A stretch of DNA of 53,619 nt from the IMG/VR virus record IMGVR_UViG_3300020183_000101, positions 1-53,619 of that record; one strand, written 5' to 3'. Positions 36,043-45,330 of the stretch are shown here, piece by piece (position 1 is the stretch's first letter; each line of letters opens with the position of its first letter). The position numbers and the translations under genes are program-made. This DNA is from a virus (lineage: Duplodnaviria > Caudoviricetes). The notes beneath the pieces are model-generated. The model saw only the letters and a list, made by a program, of their open reading frames with translations, ran no database searches and had not been told where the DNA came from.

Positions 36043-36065
36043 GAAATTAAAGGTCAATTTTGGTT

Positions 36066-36257
36066 TCAGAGTGGATTTGCATACGAAAGTGTATCTTCAT
36101 CAAGCGTAGCACGAACGAACTCTAGCACGTTCATAAACTCCTCAACAGTATCACAAGACACTTGCTTTTCTGCACCTTCATTAGAATACAGATACACTGT
36201 GCGCTTAACTGGGTCAATTACGCATCGTGTCAGGTACTCGTCTTGCATTCGATTCAT
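36066..36257 (-). CDS. Small hypothetical cyanophage protein
   Basis: 63-aa ORF immediately after sigma70 promoter. Confidence 0.75.
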   Translation of the reverse strand: MNRMQDEYLTRCVIDPVKRTVYLYSNEGAEKQVSCDTVEEFMNVLEFVRATLDEDTLSYANPL

Positions 36258-36273
36258 TCCTGATTACTTGATC

Positions 36274-36303
36274 AGTATAGCAAGGCACAGTGCCCCCTGT
36301 CAA
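36274..36303 (-). promoter_or_regulatory. Sigma70-type early promoter heading the small-gene/tRNA island
   Basis: TTGACA-N18-TATACT with extended -10 TG. Confidence 0.7.
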
Positions 36304-36309
36304 GGGGTA

Positions 36310-37017
36310 TCAGTTTTCCTTGACATCATAGTGGTAACCAGCAACAGAGTACTCAGAATTATCTCCAGGGTAGTCTGCTGGCGTTTCACCCTCATATTCT
36401 ACAATCAAGTTTTCACCATCGGTGCGAGTTCCATGAATAAGATAGAAGCAATCAATTGCTGATGCATTACCAGACTTAATAATAATCTTTGATCCCCATT
36501 CAATCTTATCTACGATCAGATCTTGAGATGTTCCAATCTGAGTAAGAGATACCGTTATACTTTCAGGATCAACAAATCCCTTCCAATAATCTGGAAGATC
36601 AATTACATTTGCTCCTGTGAGTCTTCCCCTAAAATAAACAGCATTTTCTGGTCCCTCTAGACAAGTATGGCGAAGTCTCCATCCTGGTTTGTTTGGATGG
36701 GGAATATCAAAGTTTTTCTTATTAGAAAGGCTATGACCTGGGCAAGTAACATCAATACCAGATATAAGATTACCAGTTGCTCTAAAATTAACAACACCCG
36801 AAGAGTTACTTGCTACAAGAGCAGATGTGGCACCACCATCTAATGCAATATAAGCATAGTCTGCAGGAGAATCAGAGGTTTTTACAAGAGTCATGGCGAT
36901 TAAATTTAGATTAAAAGATCCACCATAAGTATCTGTTGAAAAGTCATTGTTATCTCTAAATTCAAATGGAGTTCCTGGTCCAGTAAATGTGCCGTAATTT
37001 TCAAATGTAAATGACAT
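36310..37017 (-). CDS. Virion protein with C-terminal intramolecular-chaperone-like domain
   Basis: KNFDIPHP...LRHTCLEGPENAVYFRGRL...LPDYWKGFVD..SITVSLT; paralog of 37017..37676. Confidence 0.7.
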   Translation of the reverse strand: MSFTFENYGTFTGPGTPFEFRDNNDFSTDTYGGSFNLNLIAMTLVKTSDSPADYAYIALDGGATSALVASNSSGVVNFRATGNLISGIDVTCPGHSLSNKKNFDIPHPNKPGWRLRHTCLEGPENAVYFRGRLTGANVIDLPDYWKGFVDPESITVSLTQIGTSQDLIVDKIEWGSKIIIKSGNASAIDCFYLIHGTRTDGENLIVEYEGETPADYPGDNSEYSVAGYHYDVKEN

Positions 37018-37676
37018 TATGCATTAATCTCCGTAATTAGTTTTGGAACGTCTTTTCTCTCAGCAAACACATGATAATAACAATTGATAGGAACTCCAGG
37101 TCTTGCTTGAAGATAGACTACGTTATCAACCACTCTCTTTACAATAATCTCCTGAAAAGCTCCAATAGGAGTAATTGAAACTGTAATTGTTTGAGAATCA
37201 ACAAGTCCTCTCCAATATTCTGGAAGAGCAATTTCATCTCTATTTAAAAGTCTCCCTCTGTAATAGACTCCATTTTCTGGTCCTTCAAGACAAGTATGGA
37301 CTAGTTTTTTACCTTTAATAGTTGGGTGATCAATTACAAAGTTTTTAATTGATGCCTGAAGAACTTTAGTGCGAACAATTTTTGCTTCAATGAATTTTAC
37401 CTTAAGCAAAGTGTCAATTCTAACAAAACTTTGGAAACGAGCATACATTTTACACCACAAAGAATAAAGTGGTGAAACTGTATCGGAATTTTGCAATTTC
37501 CCAACCATAAGTGTTGCTTCTGGAGCACCGTATTCTCCAGCAGCACCTGCTTGAAGGGGTCCCTCAATAAAAGCAGATCCTCTAATCTTTGAAGGACCAA
37601 CTCCTAAGGCAACTGGTCTTCCTGCGCCGACTAAAATTTGTCCGCCTGCGCCAATATCATCCATCAGGAACGACAT
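37017..37676 (-). CDS. Virion protein with C-terminal intramolecular-chaperone-like domain
   Basis: KNFVIDHP...LVHTCLEGPENGVYYRGRL...LPEYWRGLVD..TITVSIT. Confidence 0.7.
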   Translation of the reverse strand: MSFLMDDIGAGGQILVGAGRPVALGVGPSKIRGSAFIEGPLQAGAAGEYGAPEATLMVGKLQNSDTVSPLYSLWCKMYARFQSFVRIDTLLKVKFIEAKIVRTKVLQASIKNFVIDHPTIKGKKLVHTCLEGPENGVYYRGRLLNRDEIALPEYWRGLVDSQTITVSITPIGAFQEIIVKRVVDNVVYLQARPGVPINCYYHVFAERKDVPKLITEINA

Positions 37677-37688
37677 AATTTTTCCTCC

Positions 37689-38312
37689 TTATACTAATAA
37701 TTGTTGTGTTTGAAAGATTTTACCACCTACTTTAGAATCTCTGTTGGCTACAGCATCAGTTATACCCTGAATCATTGAACTATATATTTTCATGTTACTG
37801 TTTGCAACAATTTCTGCTTTACCAACAGATGACAGTCTGTAAAGTGATGTTGCAGACAGTAAAAATTTTTTACATTCCACCTTTATAGATTCAGTTGCAC
37901 TGATTTGAATGTTTCCCTTAGATCCCCCATCACCGACCGCAATAATTTCAATATCAGTTGCCTGAAGTCTTATTTTTCCATTTGTTGCAATAATATCTAT
38001 ATTACCATTCACTGCATGAAGCATCATTGAATCTTGCGATTCCTCGTTATCCTCTCCACAATCAACTTGAAAGTTTTTTGGAGCAACAATAGTAGTGAAA
38101 CCTTTTCTTGGTCCATCTTTATCCATGGACAGGTGATGTCGTCCATCTGATGCTTGAAGCATAACATCAGATCTAACGGCTCCATCTTTATGAAGATGCC
38201 CCAAACTCAAATGCCCATGGTCATTCCCATATCTAATTGTAGTGTAAGTCTGTTTTGCAGTGCTATTGCCATCACCTACTTTAGTATTACCAGTATTCGA
38301 GGGAGTTGCCAT
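37689..38312 (-). CDS. Putative gp5/VgrG C-terminal beta-helix-like spike protein
   Basis: Short alternating beta repeats NGNIDIIATNGKIRLQATDIEI..GNIQISATESIKVE; located downstream of gp5 N-domain gene. Confidence 0.5.
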   Translation of the reverse strand: MATPSNTGNTKVGDGNSTAKQTYTTIRYGNDHGHLSLGHLHKDGAVRSDVMLQASDGRHHLSMDKDGPRKGFTTIVAPKNFQVDCGEDNEESQDSMMLHAVNGNIDIIATNGKIRLQATDIEIIAVGDGGSKGNIQISATESIKVECKKFLLSATSLYRLSSVGKAEIVANSNMKIYSSMIQGITDAVANRDSKVGGKIFQTQQLLV

Positions 38313-38346
38313 TGTATTATTTTCTTATTATTTCTATTTAATGGGT

Positions 38347-41300
38347 CTATTGTTGTGGATTTCCAGGAGTTCCTGGAATATTAAGTCTGGGATCATTGCT
38401 AGTAATATCAGTACCAGATCTCTCGATTGCATTTGGAGCAGTAGTAACTCTGCCAGTAATGCTTTCTTGCAGAGTGTCATAGACTCTAATGAGTTGTCCA
38501 GGTGTTCTATAGTATCCAGCATATCTGGCGCCATCTTCATAGAAGACTGCGCCATAGTATGCTCTACCATCGACATATCCAGTCTGCTTAAGACCAGCAA
38601 GATCAGTTACTTGAATTAATCTTTCTGGTTCAACTTCAATAGGATCTCTAACAACCTCAAAAACTGGAACTGCTTCAAAATTAACCCCTGTTGGTTGTAA
38701 AGGTCTTCCCTCAGGATCAAAATCTGGAGTTTCTACAATGATTCTTGGATATGAAGTAAATCCTTCTCCAGGAACCTCAACTTTAACATTCGTTATTCTT
38801 CCAAAAGATTCGCAAGAATATGACAGCTTAGTTCCATTGTCTGGTACAACTTTAATAACATCTACTCCACAATTATAGTTTATTCCTGGATTTATTACAA
38901 CAACCTCTGTTAAACGAAGAAGAACTGGATATGTTTCTGCCTGTGGTGAAGGTTGTAGATAACCATTTCCAGGTTCTTCAACGATAACCTTCTCAATGAC
39001 ACCTCTTCCATTAATTTTTTTAGCGCAGGGTGGTGGAATTAAAATTGCAGAAATTCCCATTGGATTTTGATTCCAAGAGATATTATTTTGACTTCTCTTG
39101 GTAACAACTTTATCAATAAAGAGAGAAACTCCCATTGGATTATTCAAAAAGATATCAGTTCGATCCTTTACATTTGTTAGATCTATAGTGATATTATGTT
39201 TTCCAGCATTTACATTCACAACTTTATCAGTTGGTTCAGATGCAAAATCTGTAGTTTTAAAAACTTCCACACCATCAATTTTTAAAATAGCAATATTGTC
39301 TGCTTGGAATTTGAGACTATAATCACCAGTTTCTGGGAAAGGAACATTTTCCCAGTTAAGTATAAATGTGCCATTAATCTTTTCATCTGGTTCATCAATT
39401 TTATTGAAAACTTTAGGGGAAACAGAATACTTATTCATAAAATCACTCCATCCCTTTCCATTAGGACCACCAGTAGTTTGTTTGTGGCTGAAGAGTAGAG
39501 GACCATTATAAACTATCCCATTTTTAATATAAGGTTTTGGTTCTGCCTCAATGATAAAGTTGCATGTTGATCCATTTAAGTTATAGAACTTACCAGTGCT
39601 TGTAGAGCATTCCATGTCCCGCCAGTTAAAATCCTTGTGGTCTTCTACTTGCAGTACGTTATCTCCAGCAGTTCTGAGTTTAATACTACCGCTAGGACTT
39701 GTTGAAAGATTTACTGTATAAATTCTTCCAACCTCAACAGATTTAGTAATTTTTTCTTGTTTTGAGGGTCCATTATATTCCTTAGAAACAGAAATTCCAA
39801 GGTCTTTTATTTCAAACTTATTTGCAAAACTACCACTAACAGAAATAGAAAAATCAACATTAACAGTTTTATTTGAAGCATCTCCAAAATTTCTCCAATC
39901 TTGAGTGCTAAAAATTTTCTCTCTCTCCACAAAAGTCCTAAACTGTGCGGTATTAATCACTTCGGTTGTTATTGTATGAGACCCAGACTCAAGAAGAACT
40001 TTAGTGACCTTTGGATTTTCAGTATTGAACCCCTCAGATTTAGCAATTTCATTGCCATCAATTAATATTCTTCCTTTGTTATCAGCAAGAACTTGTACTC
40101 CATAAAATCCTCTGGAGGGAACATTTACATTCCAAGTATTACTATACTGAACACCTGCTTGATCGCTACCTGGAACATTTAAAGGTAATACTGGAGATAC
40201 AGCATACCTATTCATAAATTTACTCCAAGTCTTACTGGTGCTTGACTTAGTAACTGTACTAGTGCTCTGTACAGTTGCTCCTTTTATGATGACATTAAAA
40301 TCAATATTATCCTTTAAGTCACCATCTCTAAGATCTTTGGTGGATTTTTTATCTAAAGATCTTATTTGATAAGGATTTCTCAAATCAACTGAACTTCCAG
40401 AGTCTGCGCCCAAGAATTTTATAGGTCCATATAATTTTCCACCTGCGACTTTAAAAGATTTTGATCTAACAGCATCTGTCAAAGCTTTCCCCGACTGTTT
40501 AGATCTATCAAATTTAACATTAGTTCCTCCAATTTCAAAAGCAGTACCAGCAAATCCACCGCCACCTTTTTTAGTATCTTTGATCAAGAATTCCATATCT
40601 AAATTAACCTCGCCTTTATACTCTCTCAAATCCAGATAATACTTTCCATCCTTTTTATCTTTAATAAATTTTGGGCGAACACTTTCGTTTTGAGTTTTAG
40701 TTGATGTTGATGCAGTTACATTTTTTCCGCGCCTATCATATCTAACAGGATACCACTTTGAACTACCATTAGGAAATCTAGATGACCAAATTGGATTTGG
40801 TGGGCAAGGACCATCTTGAGGGGGTGGAGTTTCCTGTGGAATTGGTGGAGCAGGTGCCTCAATTGTCAATGCAACACCCATGGGATTTTCGCACCAAGAT
40901 TTGCTAGAGACAACAGTTTTTTCGATAAAGTCTGTTGTGATATCAATAGCAAGAGCCATCGGATTGATACCCTTTATGGAACTAAATCCAAACTTACCTC
41001 CAGGAATTTGTTCCAGTTCTGCGAGGATTCTATACTTTCCCTTTTTAAAGAATTTTGTATCAGAATAATTTGGAAGAGCCCTACTACTATTAGCTGGAAA
41101 TCCTTTATGATCTATTACAACTTCATCACCACCACCAGTAGCAGCATTACCAATAAAAAGTTTTACGTTATCATCAACAGCAATATTGATTCTGTAATTT
41201 CCATCTACAGGAAAATTAATATTTTCCCAAATAATAGTATGAACACCTGCATAAGGGTTGTCTTCAAGTTGAACTGTGGTATCAAATGGAGCGATTCCAA

Positions 41301-43110
41301 GTCTATGAATTAGACTATCGTTTGTAGATGCTGAAGGATTAATTCTCCAAAGTGTTCTGTTTGCTTTTGAAATATAATCAACAGTATTAAAAACATTTTT
41401 TGACTGAATATCAACATTCCCGTTTTGAGACGAAGATTGTGTGATAACATTTTCATAGATAGGAACATTAAGTAAATCAACCCTAATATTATGAACGCCA
41501 GCATTTACTGTTTTTGTGATTGCTTTGGGGGAATCAGCAAAAGATTTTAAATCCTCAACAAATTGATTATCCAGATATAATTTTGCTTTGTTATCTGCCA
41601 AACCTCTAAAAATATATTCACCATCATAAGGAAATTCTTCCTGCCACTCCATCGTAAATAATGTTCCTGCATTATCACTTCCAGGAACATTTGATTTATC
41701 AACTGGAGAAACAGCATACTTATTCATGAAGTCACCCCAAGTTTTATTTGGATTGGCAGCTTCAGTTGGTCTATATGCAGTGCTCTCGCTGGATTTAGTT
41801 TTTTGAGATGTTGAATTTTTGTTTGTTGGACCCGCTGGTTTTCCTGCTTGACCTTCAAAAATATAAAACAACTCATAAGTATTTCTGGTTTTGTCCCCAT
41901 CACTCACTTTGGTTTTATTTCCAGCAATAAATTTACCAGCACCCCTCGGAAGTGTAACTCTCAGATCATCATTATCATTATCAGATCCAAGAAAGTCAGT
42001 AAATATTCTATTTCCAGTCTCGTCTTTTCCAACCTCTTTATTTTTTTTATCAGATAAACCTTTCTCTAAAGTAGTTCGTGGTTGTGCTTTATCTAAGTCT
42101 GTAATTCTAGATTCTACAGTATATTTTACATTCTTCAGAACATTTTGTTTAATGTTATAGGTTTTTTTATTTTCATCCCCGCTAGTTAAAACAAAACGAT
42201 CTTTTCCATCTGAAGAAGAAAAGATAAACTCCAGGTACTTAGTGGGATCTCCCCCTTCACGTTTGACTTGAAACTCAACTTCAACTTTTTCAGACGTTGC
42301 ACTAGGTTGAGATGAACCATCTGATATTAATCTTACCCGTTCATTATTGCATGGATGAGAAACTGAATATGCTGTACTATAATTTTTCCCTCCTGCGCTG
42401 ATTTTAAGAGGTTGTTTTTTTCTGGTATCCCAGAAAGGTGTTTTAAGTTCTTTTAAAAACTTCTGATACTTCTCAATTTCTTTTTGAATAGGATCCTCAT
42501 CGGGAGAAGTTGAATAAATTTTTGGGTTCCACTTACCAACTGCTTTTCCATTTTTATCATACAAGTTACCATAGTCTTCATCGGAAATATCACAAAGTTC
42601 ATACTCTTCAAAGTCTGCCTCATTCTCATACGTTTGAATTTTTTCTGGAGTATCGCCAAGGATTGCAGTCATGACTGCACCATTTCCATTATAACAAAAA
42701 TCATCAACTTGAGTTATTGGAGGATACTGAAATGCAAAACCACTGGCGACTATATCTACTGCAAGAATAGCTCCATCAGTTCCAACAATTGGATTTGCTT
42801 TTGCGCCAACACCTCCGCCACCATAAAAACTTACTGTTGGCGGACCGCATTCACTTCTTTTTTTGACTCCACCACAAGTGCTTGCAGTTGATACAATATC
42901 CTTTGGAGTTAATCTATTAACCTCGTTTATTCTAAGATATTTTAGATCCCCATTACCATTCTTGAAAATAAAAACTGTACCTGGATTTTTCTTAGCATAT
43001 TCATTCGCCTGACATACACCAATCCCAGTAACATATCCCAAGGTTGGATCAATATAACCAACCTTAATATCGTCTTTAGTGGCGGCACCAAGTAAATTAA
43101 ATGTACTCAT
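38347..43110 (-). CDS. Large virion structural protein with repeated PA14-like domains
   Basis: Four (F/V)P..G.Y....(A/V)D(N/D)...(L/I).(L/I)(D/G) units, three W..FMN(K/R)Y.VSP motifs, several NPM(G/A) motifs; CTAAATA at 43151-43157. Confidence 0.7.
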   Translation of the reverse strand: MSTFNLLGAATKDDIKVGYIDPTLGYVTGIGVCQANEYAKKNPGTVFIFKNGNGDLKYLRINEVNRLTPKDIVSTASTCGGVKKRSECGPPTVSFYGGGGVGAKANPIVGTDGAILAVDIVASGFAFQYPPITQVDDFCYNGNGAVMTAILGDTPEKIQTYENEADFEEYELCDISDEDYGNLYDKNGKAVGKWNPKIYSTSPDEDPIQKEIEKYQKFLKELKTPFWDTRKKQPLKISAGGKNYSTAYSVSHPCNNERVRLISDGSSQPSATSEKVEVEFQVKREGGDPTKYLEFIFSSSDGKDRFVLTSGDENKKTYNIKQNVLKNVKYTVESRITDLDKAQPRTTLEKGLSDKKNKEVGKDETGNRIFTDFLGSDNDNDDLRVTLPRGAGKFIAGNKTKVSDGDKTRNTYELFYIFEGQAGKPAGPTNKNSTSQKTKSSESTAYRPTEAANPNKTWGDFMNKYAVSPVDKSNVPGSDNAGTLFTMEWQEEFPYDGEYIFRGLADNKAKLYLDNQFVEDLKSFADSPKAITKTVNAGVHNIRVDLLNVPIYENVITQSSSQNGNVDIQSKNVFNTVDYISKANRTLWRINPSASTNDSLIHRLGIAPFDTTVQLEDNPYAGVHTIIWENINFPVDGNYRINIAVDDNVKLFIGNAATGGGDEVVIDHKGFPANSSRALPNYSDTKFFKKGKYRILAELEQIPGGKFGFSSIKGINPMALAIDITTDFIEKTVVSSKSWCENPMGVALTIEAPAPPIPQETPPPQDGPCPPNPIWSSRFPNGSSKWYPVRYDRRGKNVTASTSTKTQNESVRPKFIKDKKDGKYYLDLREYKGEVNLDMEFLIKDTKKGGGGFAGTAFEIGGTNVKFDRSKQSGKALTDAVRSKSFKVAGGKLYGPIKFLGADSGSSVDLRNPYQIRSLDKKSTKDLRDGDLKDNIDFNVIIKGATVQSTSTVTKSSTSKTWSKFMNRYAVSPVLPLNVPGSDQAGVQYSNTWNVNVPSRGFYGVQVLADNKGRILIDGNEIAKSEGFNTENPKVTKVLLESGSHTITTEVINTAQFRTFVEREKIFSTQDWRNFGDASNKTVNVDFSISVSGSFANKFEIKDLGISVSKEYNGPSKQEKITKSVEVGRIYTVNLSTSPSGSIKLRTAGDNVLQVEDHKDFNWRDMECSTSTGKFYNLNGSTCNFIIEAEPKPYIKNGIVYNGPLLFSHKQTTGGPNGKGWSDFMNKYSVSPKVFNKIDEPDEKINGTFILNWENVPFPETGDYSLKFQADNIAILKIDGVEVFKTTDFASEPTDKVVNVNAGKHNITIDLTNVKDRTDIFLNNPMGVSLFIDKVVTKRSQNNISWNQNPMGISAILIPPPCAKKINGRGVIEKVIVEEPGNGYLQPSPQAETYPVLLRLTEVVVINPGINYNCGVDVIKVVPDNGTKLSYSCESFGRITNVKVEVPGEGFTSYPRIIVETPDFDPEGRPLQPTGVNFEAVPVFEVVRDPIEVEPERLIQVTDLAGLKQTGYVDGRAYYGAVFYEDGARYAGYYRTPGQLIRVYDTLQESITGRVTTAPNAIERSGTDITSNDPRLNIPGTPGNPQQ

Positions 43111-43163
43111 GCGTTTCTACTTAGTATTTCCATATTCCAGATGTTATTGATATTTAGTGTCAA

Positions 43164-45083
43164 TTAAAGGAAGGTGACTTGTCCGCTTTGTACAGCCTGG
43201 ATTGCTTCCTCTCTAGTACCAAAATCAACATCGGATTGAGTCGTTGCTGGTTGTGCAAATTGTTTTGGTTTAGTTGGAGTTGGAACTGGCGAAGAATTTT
43301 GAGCCGCATTTGCCACATTACCCATAGTTGGTTGAGATGCCTCTGGAGAAGCACCACCTCCATTTTGTAGTGTATAATAGTCCGATGTTGGGCAACTTGG
43401 ACTTAAATCGCAACCAAAAATAGAAATAGTGATGTTCTTAAAACTTAAAGCTGCTGTCAAACTTCCAGTTATTCCACTCAGTAAAGAACTAACTCCAGAA
43501 ATTGCACTAGAACCCGATCCCAACAGATCCTGAATGTTTGATAACTGACCAGTAGCAGTGTCTATAAATGAAGGTTCACTATCAATAGAAGTTGTGGAAG
43601 ATGTATTACTCTGATCGACAGAATTTTGAGTTAGAACGTCTTCTAGAAAATCATTAACTAAACCAACTGTACTATCAACTGTAGAGTTTATTTCTCCTAG
43701 ATTTGCTCCAAGAACATCTCCGCACAACTTTTCAACAGAACAAACTGGAACCTTAGGAGCTTTAACAGGTCTTCTTTTTCCAGTGGTTTCTGGAGTTTCT
43801 TGTTTTTTCTCTTCCGCTAATTTTTTTTCCTCTTCTTTAATAGATTCTGGATCTGTTTTTAGTGCGCTATTTAAAGCAGATTCTATTTGACCAGAAAGTT
43901 TATCAGTTATTTTACTGTAAAGACACTTAATTAACTCGGTAATAATATCTTTTAAGTCTAGATACTTATTTCTTTCATTTGGAAATAAAAGATCTACAGT
44001 TGGAGTGAGAGCCTTATTAAGTGTTTTAAGGATATATTCAAAAATTTTATCAAAAATAACTTTCATGTATTTTGAAATTTCACTTGCAGCATTTTTTATA
44101 ATTGTCTGCAACTGGGAGATGATACTTGAAGCGGCATCAATATATGATTGTGCTGCCTCAAGTATTTTATTAATGGCGTTGGTAAGATTTTCAAGAGCTG
44201 TCTGAATTCCTTTCATTGCAGAATCAGCAAGATCACAAGGACTCATGAGAACAATTTTTTTCAGATATTTGTCCTGCCTCTTGACATCAGATATTGTCAC
44301 CAAATGAACAGAAGTAACATCTTCTACAGTAGCACCTGGTTGAGCAGGAGATGTTGGAGAACTTGCTTGTTGGCAACGATTAGAAATACCTTCAGCAACT
44401 TTTGATTGAACAAAATCATCTCTGGCAGATCCAGTCAAACCCCTAGCATCTGCCTCTGCTCTTGCACTTTGAGCGTCTTTAAATTGAGTGCTTGAAAGAG
44501 CTTTATCTGGTCTAAGACCATACTTGTTAGTTTGAGTTCCTGGAGGTGCGGGAGAACACTCTGCAGACTGCTCAGCACTTTTTGGTTTCTCTGTACTTAA
44601 AGTATGATCTGGTGCTTTAATATTTGGATCTGGTTCTTTTCCTTTGGCAAATCCACTTGTTCCAGCAAAATTACTACTAGTTGTCCCTATTTTTGTACTT
44701 AAACCAGTTTGAGTATTGTTTCCAAGAACTCCCATGATGACAGGAACTTGCATGTCCTGACCATCTAAGAAGAAACCAAATACAAAATTACCTTGACGTA
44801 AATTGGGAATCGTTCCACCACCAGCTTGACCACCACCACCTGTGATGGGGTACATCACTTGAGCCCAAGGAAGTTGATCTGATGGTACAGTCTCTTCCTC
44901 TTTATCGTGAAGACCTATAATTCTAACTTTGTAACGATATCCCCATCCTTTTGGAGAATTTTTTCCTTCAAATTTTCCTGGGATGATATTATCTCGCCAG
45001 GTAGCATCGTCAGCAATCTGACCAACCCACCAGTTAAAACTAGCGCCAAGAAATCCAGGATTAAATAATGTTCCTTCAGTCAT
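43164..45083 (-). CDS. gp5-like baseplate hub protein (N-terminal OB fold)
   Basis: FNWWVGQI...RYKVRIIGLH...LPWAQV...GNFVFGFFLDGQDMQVPVIMGVL matches the T4 gp5 OB domain. Confidence 0.8.
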   Translation of the reverse strand: MTEGTLFNPGFLGASFNWWVGQIADDATWRDNIIPGKFEGKNSPKGWGYRYKVRIIGLHDKEEETVPSDQLPWAQVMYPITGGGGQAGGGTIPNLRQGNFVFGFFLDGQDMQVPVIMGVLGNNTQTGLSTKIGTTSSNFAGTSGFAKGKEPDPNIKAPDHTLSTEKPKSAEQSAECSPAPPGTQTNKYGLRPDKALSSTQFKDAQSARAEADARGLTGSARDDFVQSKVAEGISNRCQQASSPTSPAQPGATVEDVTSVHLVTISDVKRQDKYLKKIVLMSPCDLADSAMKGIQTALENLTNAINKILEAAQSYIDAASSIISQLQTIIKNAASEISKYMKVIFDKIFEYILKTLNKALTPTVDLLFPNERNKYLDLKDIITELIKCLYSKITDKLSGQIESALNSALKTDPESIKEEEKKLAEEKKQETPETTGKRRPVKAPKVPVCSVEKLCGDVLGANLGEINSTVDSTVGLVNDFLEDVLTQNSVDQSNTSSTTSIDSEPSFIDTATGQLSNIQDLLGSGSSAISGVSSLLSGITGSLTAALSFKNITISIFGCDLSPSCPTSDYYTLQNGGGASPEASQPTMGNVANAAQNSSPVPTPTKPKQFAQPATTQSDVDFGTREEAIQAVQSGQVTFL

Positions 45084-45295
45084 CAGTCTTCATACACTCT
45101 ACATTCTAGTGCATCGGGATTGTCATTACAAAAAAGTTCAAGACCAGTAGGGTCATGATGATCATTTGGATGATTATCAACCCATCTTTCTAGAGCTTCC
45201 AACTCTTCTTCGGTGTGTCTTCTTGCCTGAGCGGAGACCCTTGGATCATCCAACACATGTCTGTCATGTTCTATGTGCTTTTCTACGCTTTCCAT
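45083..45295 (-). CDS. cp12: CP12 Calvin-cycle inhibitor (auxiliary metabolic gene)
   Basis: C-terminal LELFCNDNPDALECRVYED CP12 signature; start moved to MESVEKHI (45295); TTAAATA late-like box at 45319-45325. Confidence 0.92.
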   Translation of the reverse strand: MESVEKHIEHDRHVLDDPRVSAQARRHTEEELEALERWVDNHPNDHHDPTGLELFCNDNPDALECRVYED

Positions 45296-45330
45296 AATCA
45301 TGCGTATAATAGTATTACTATTTAACAACT

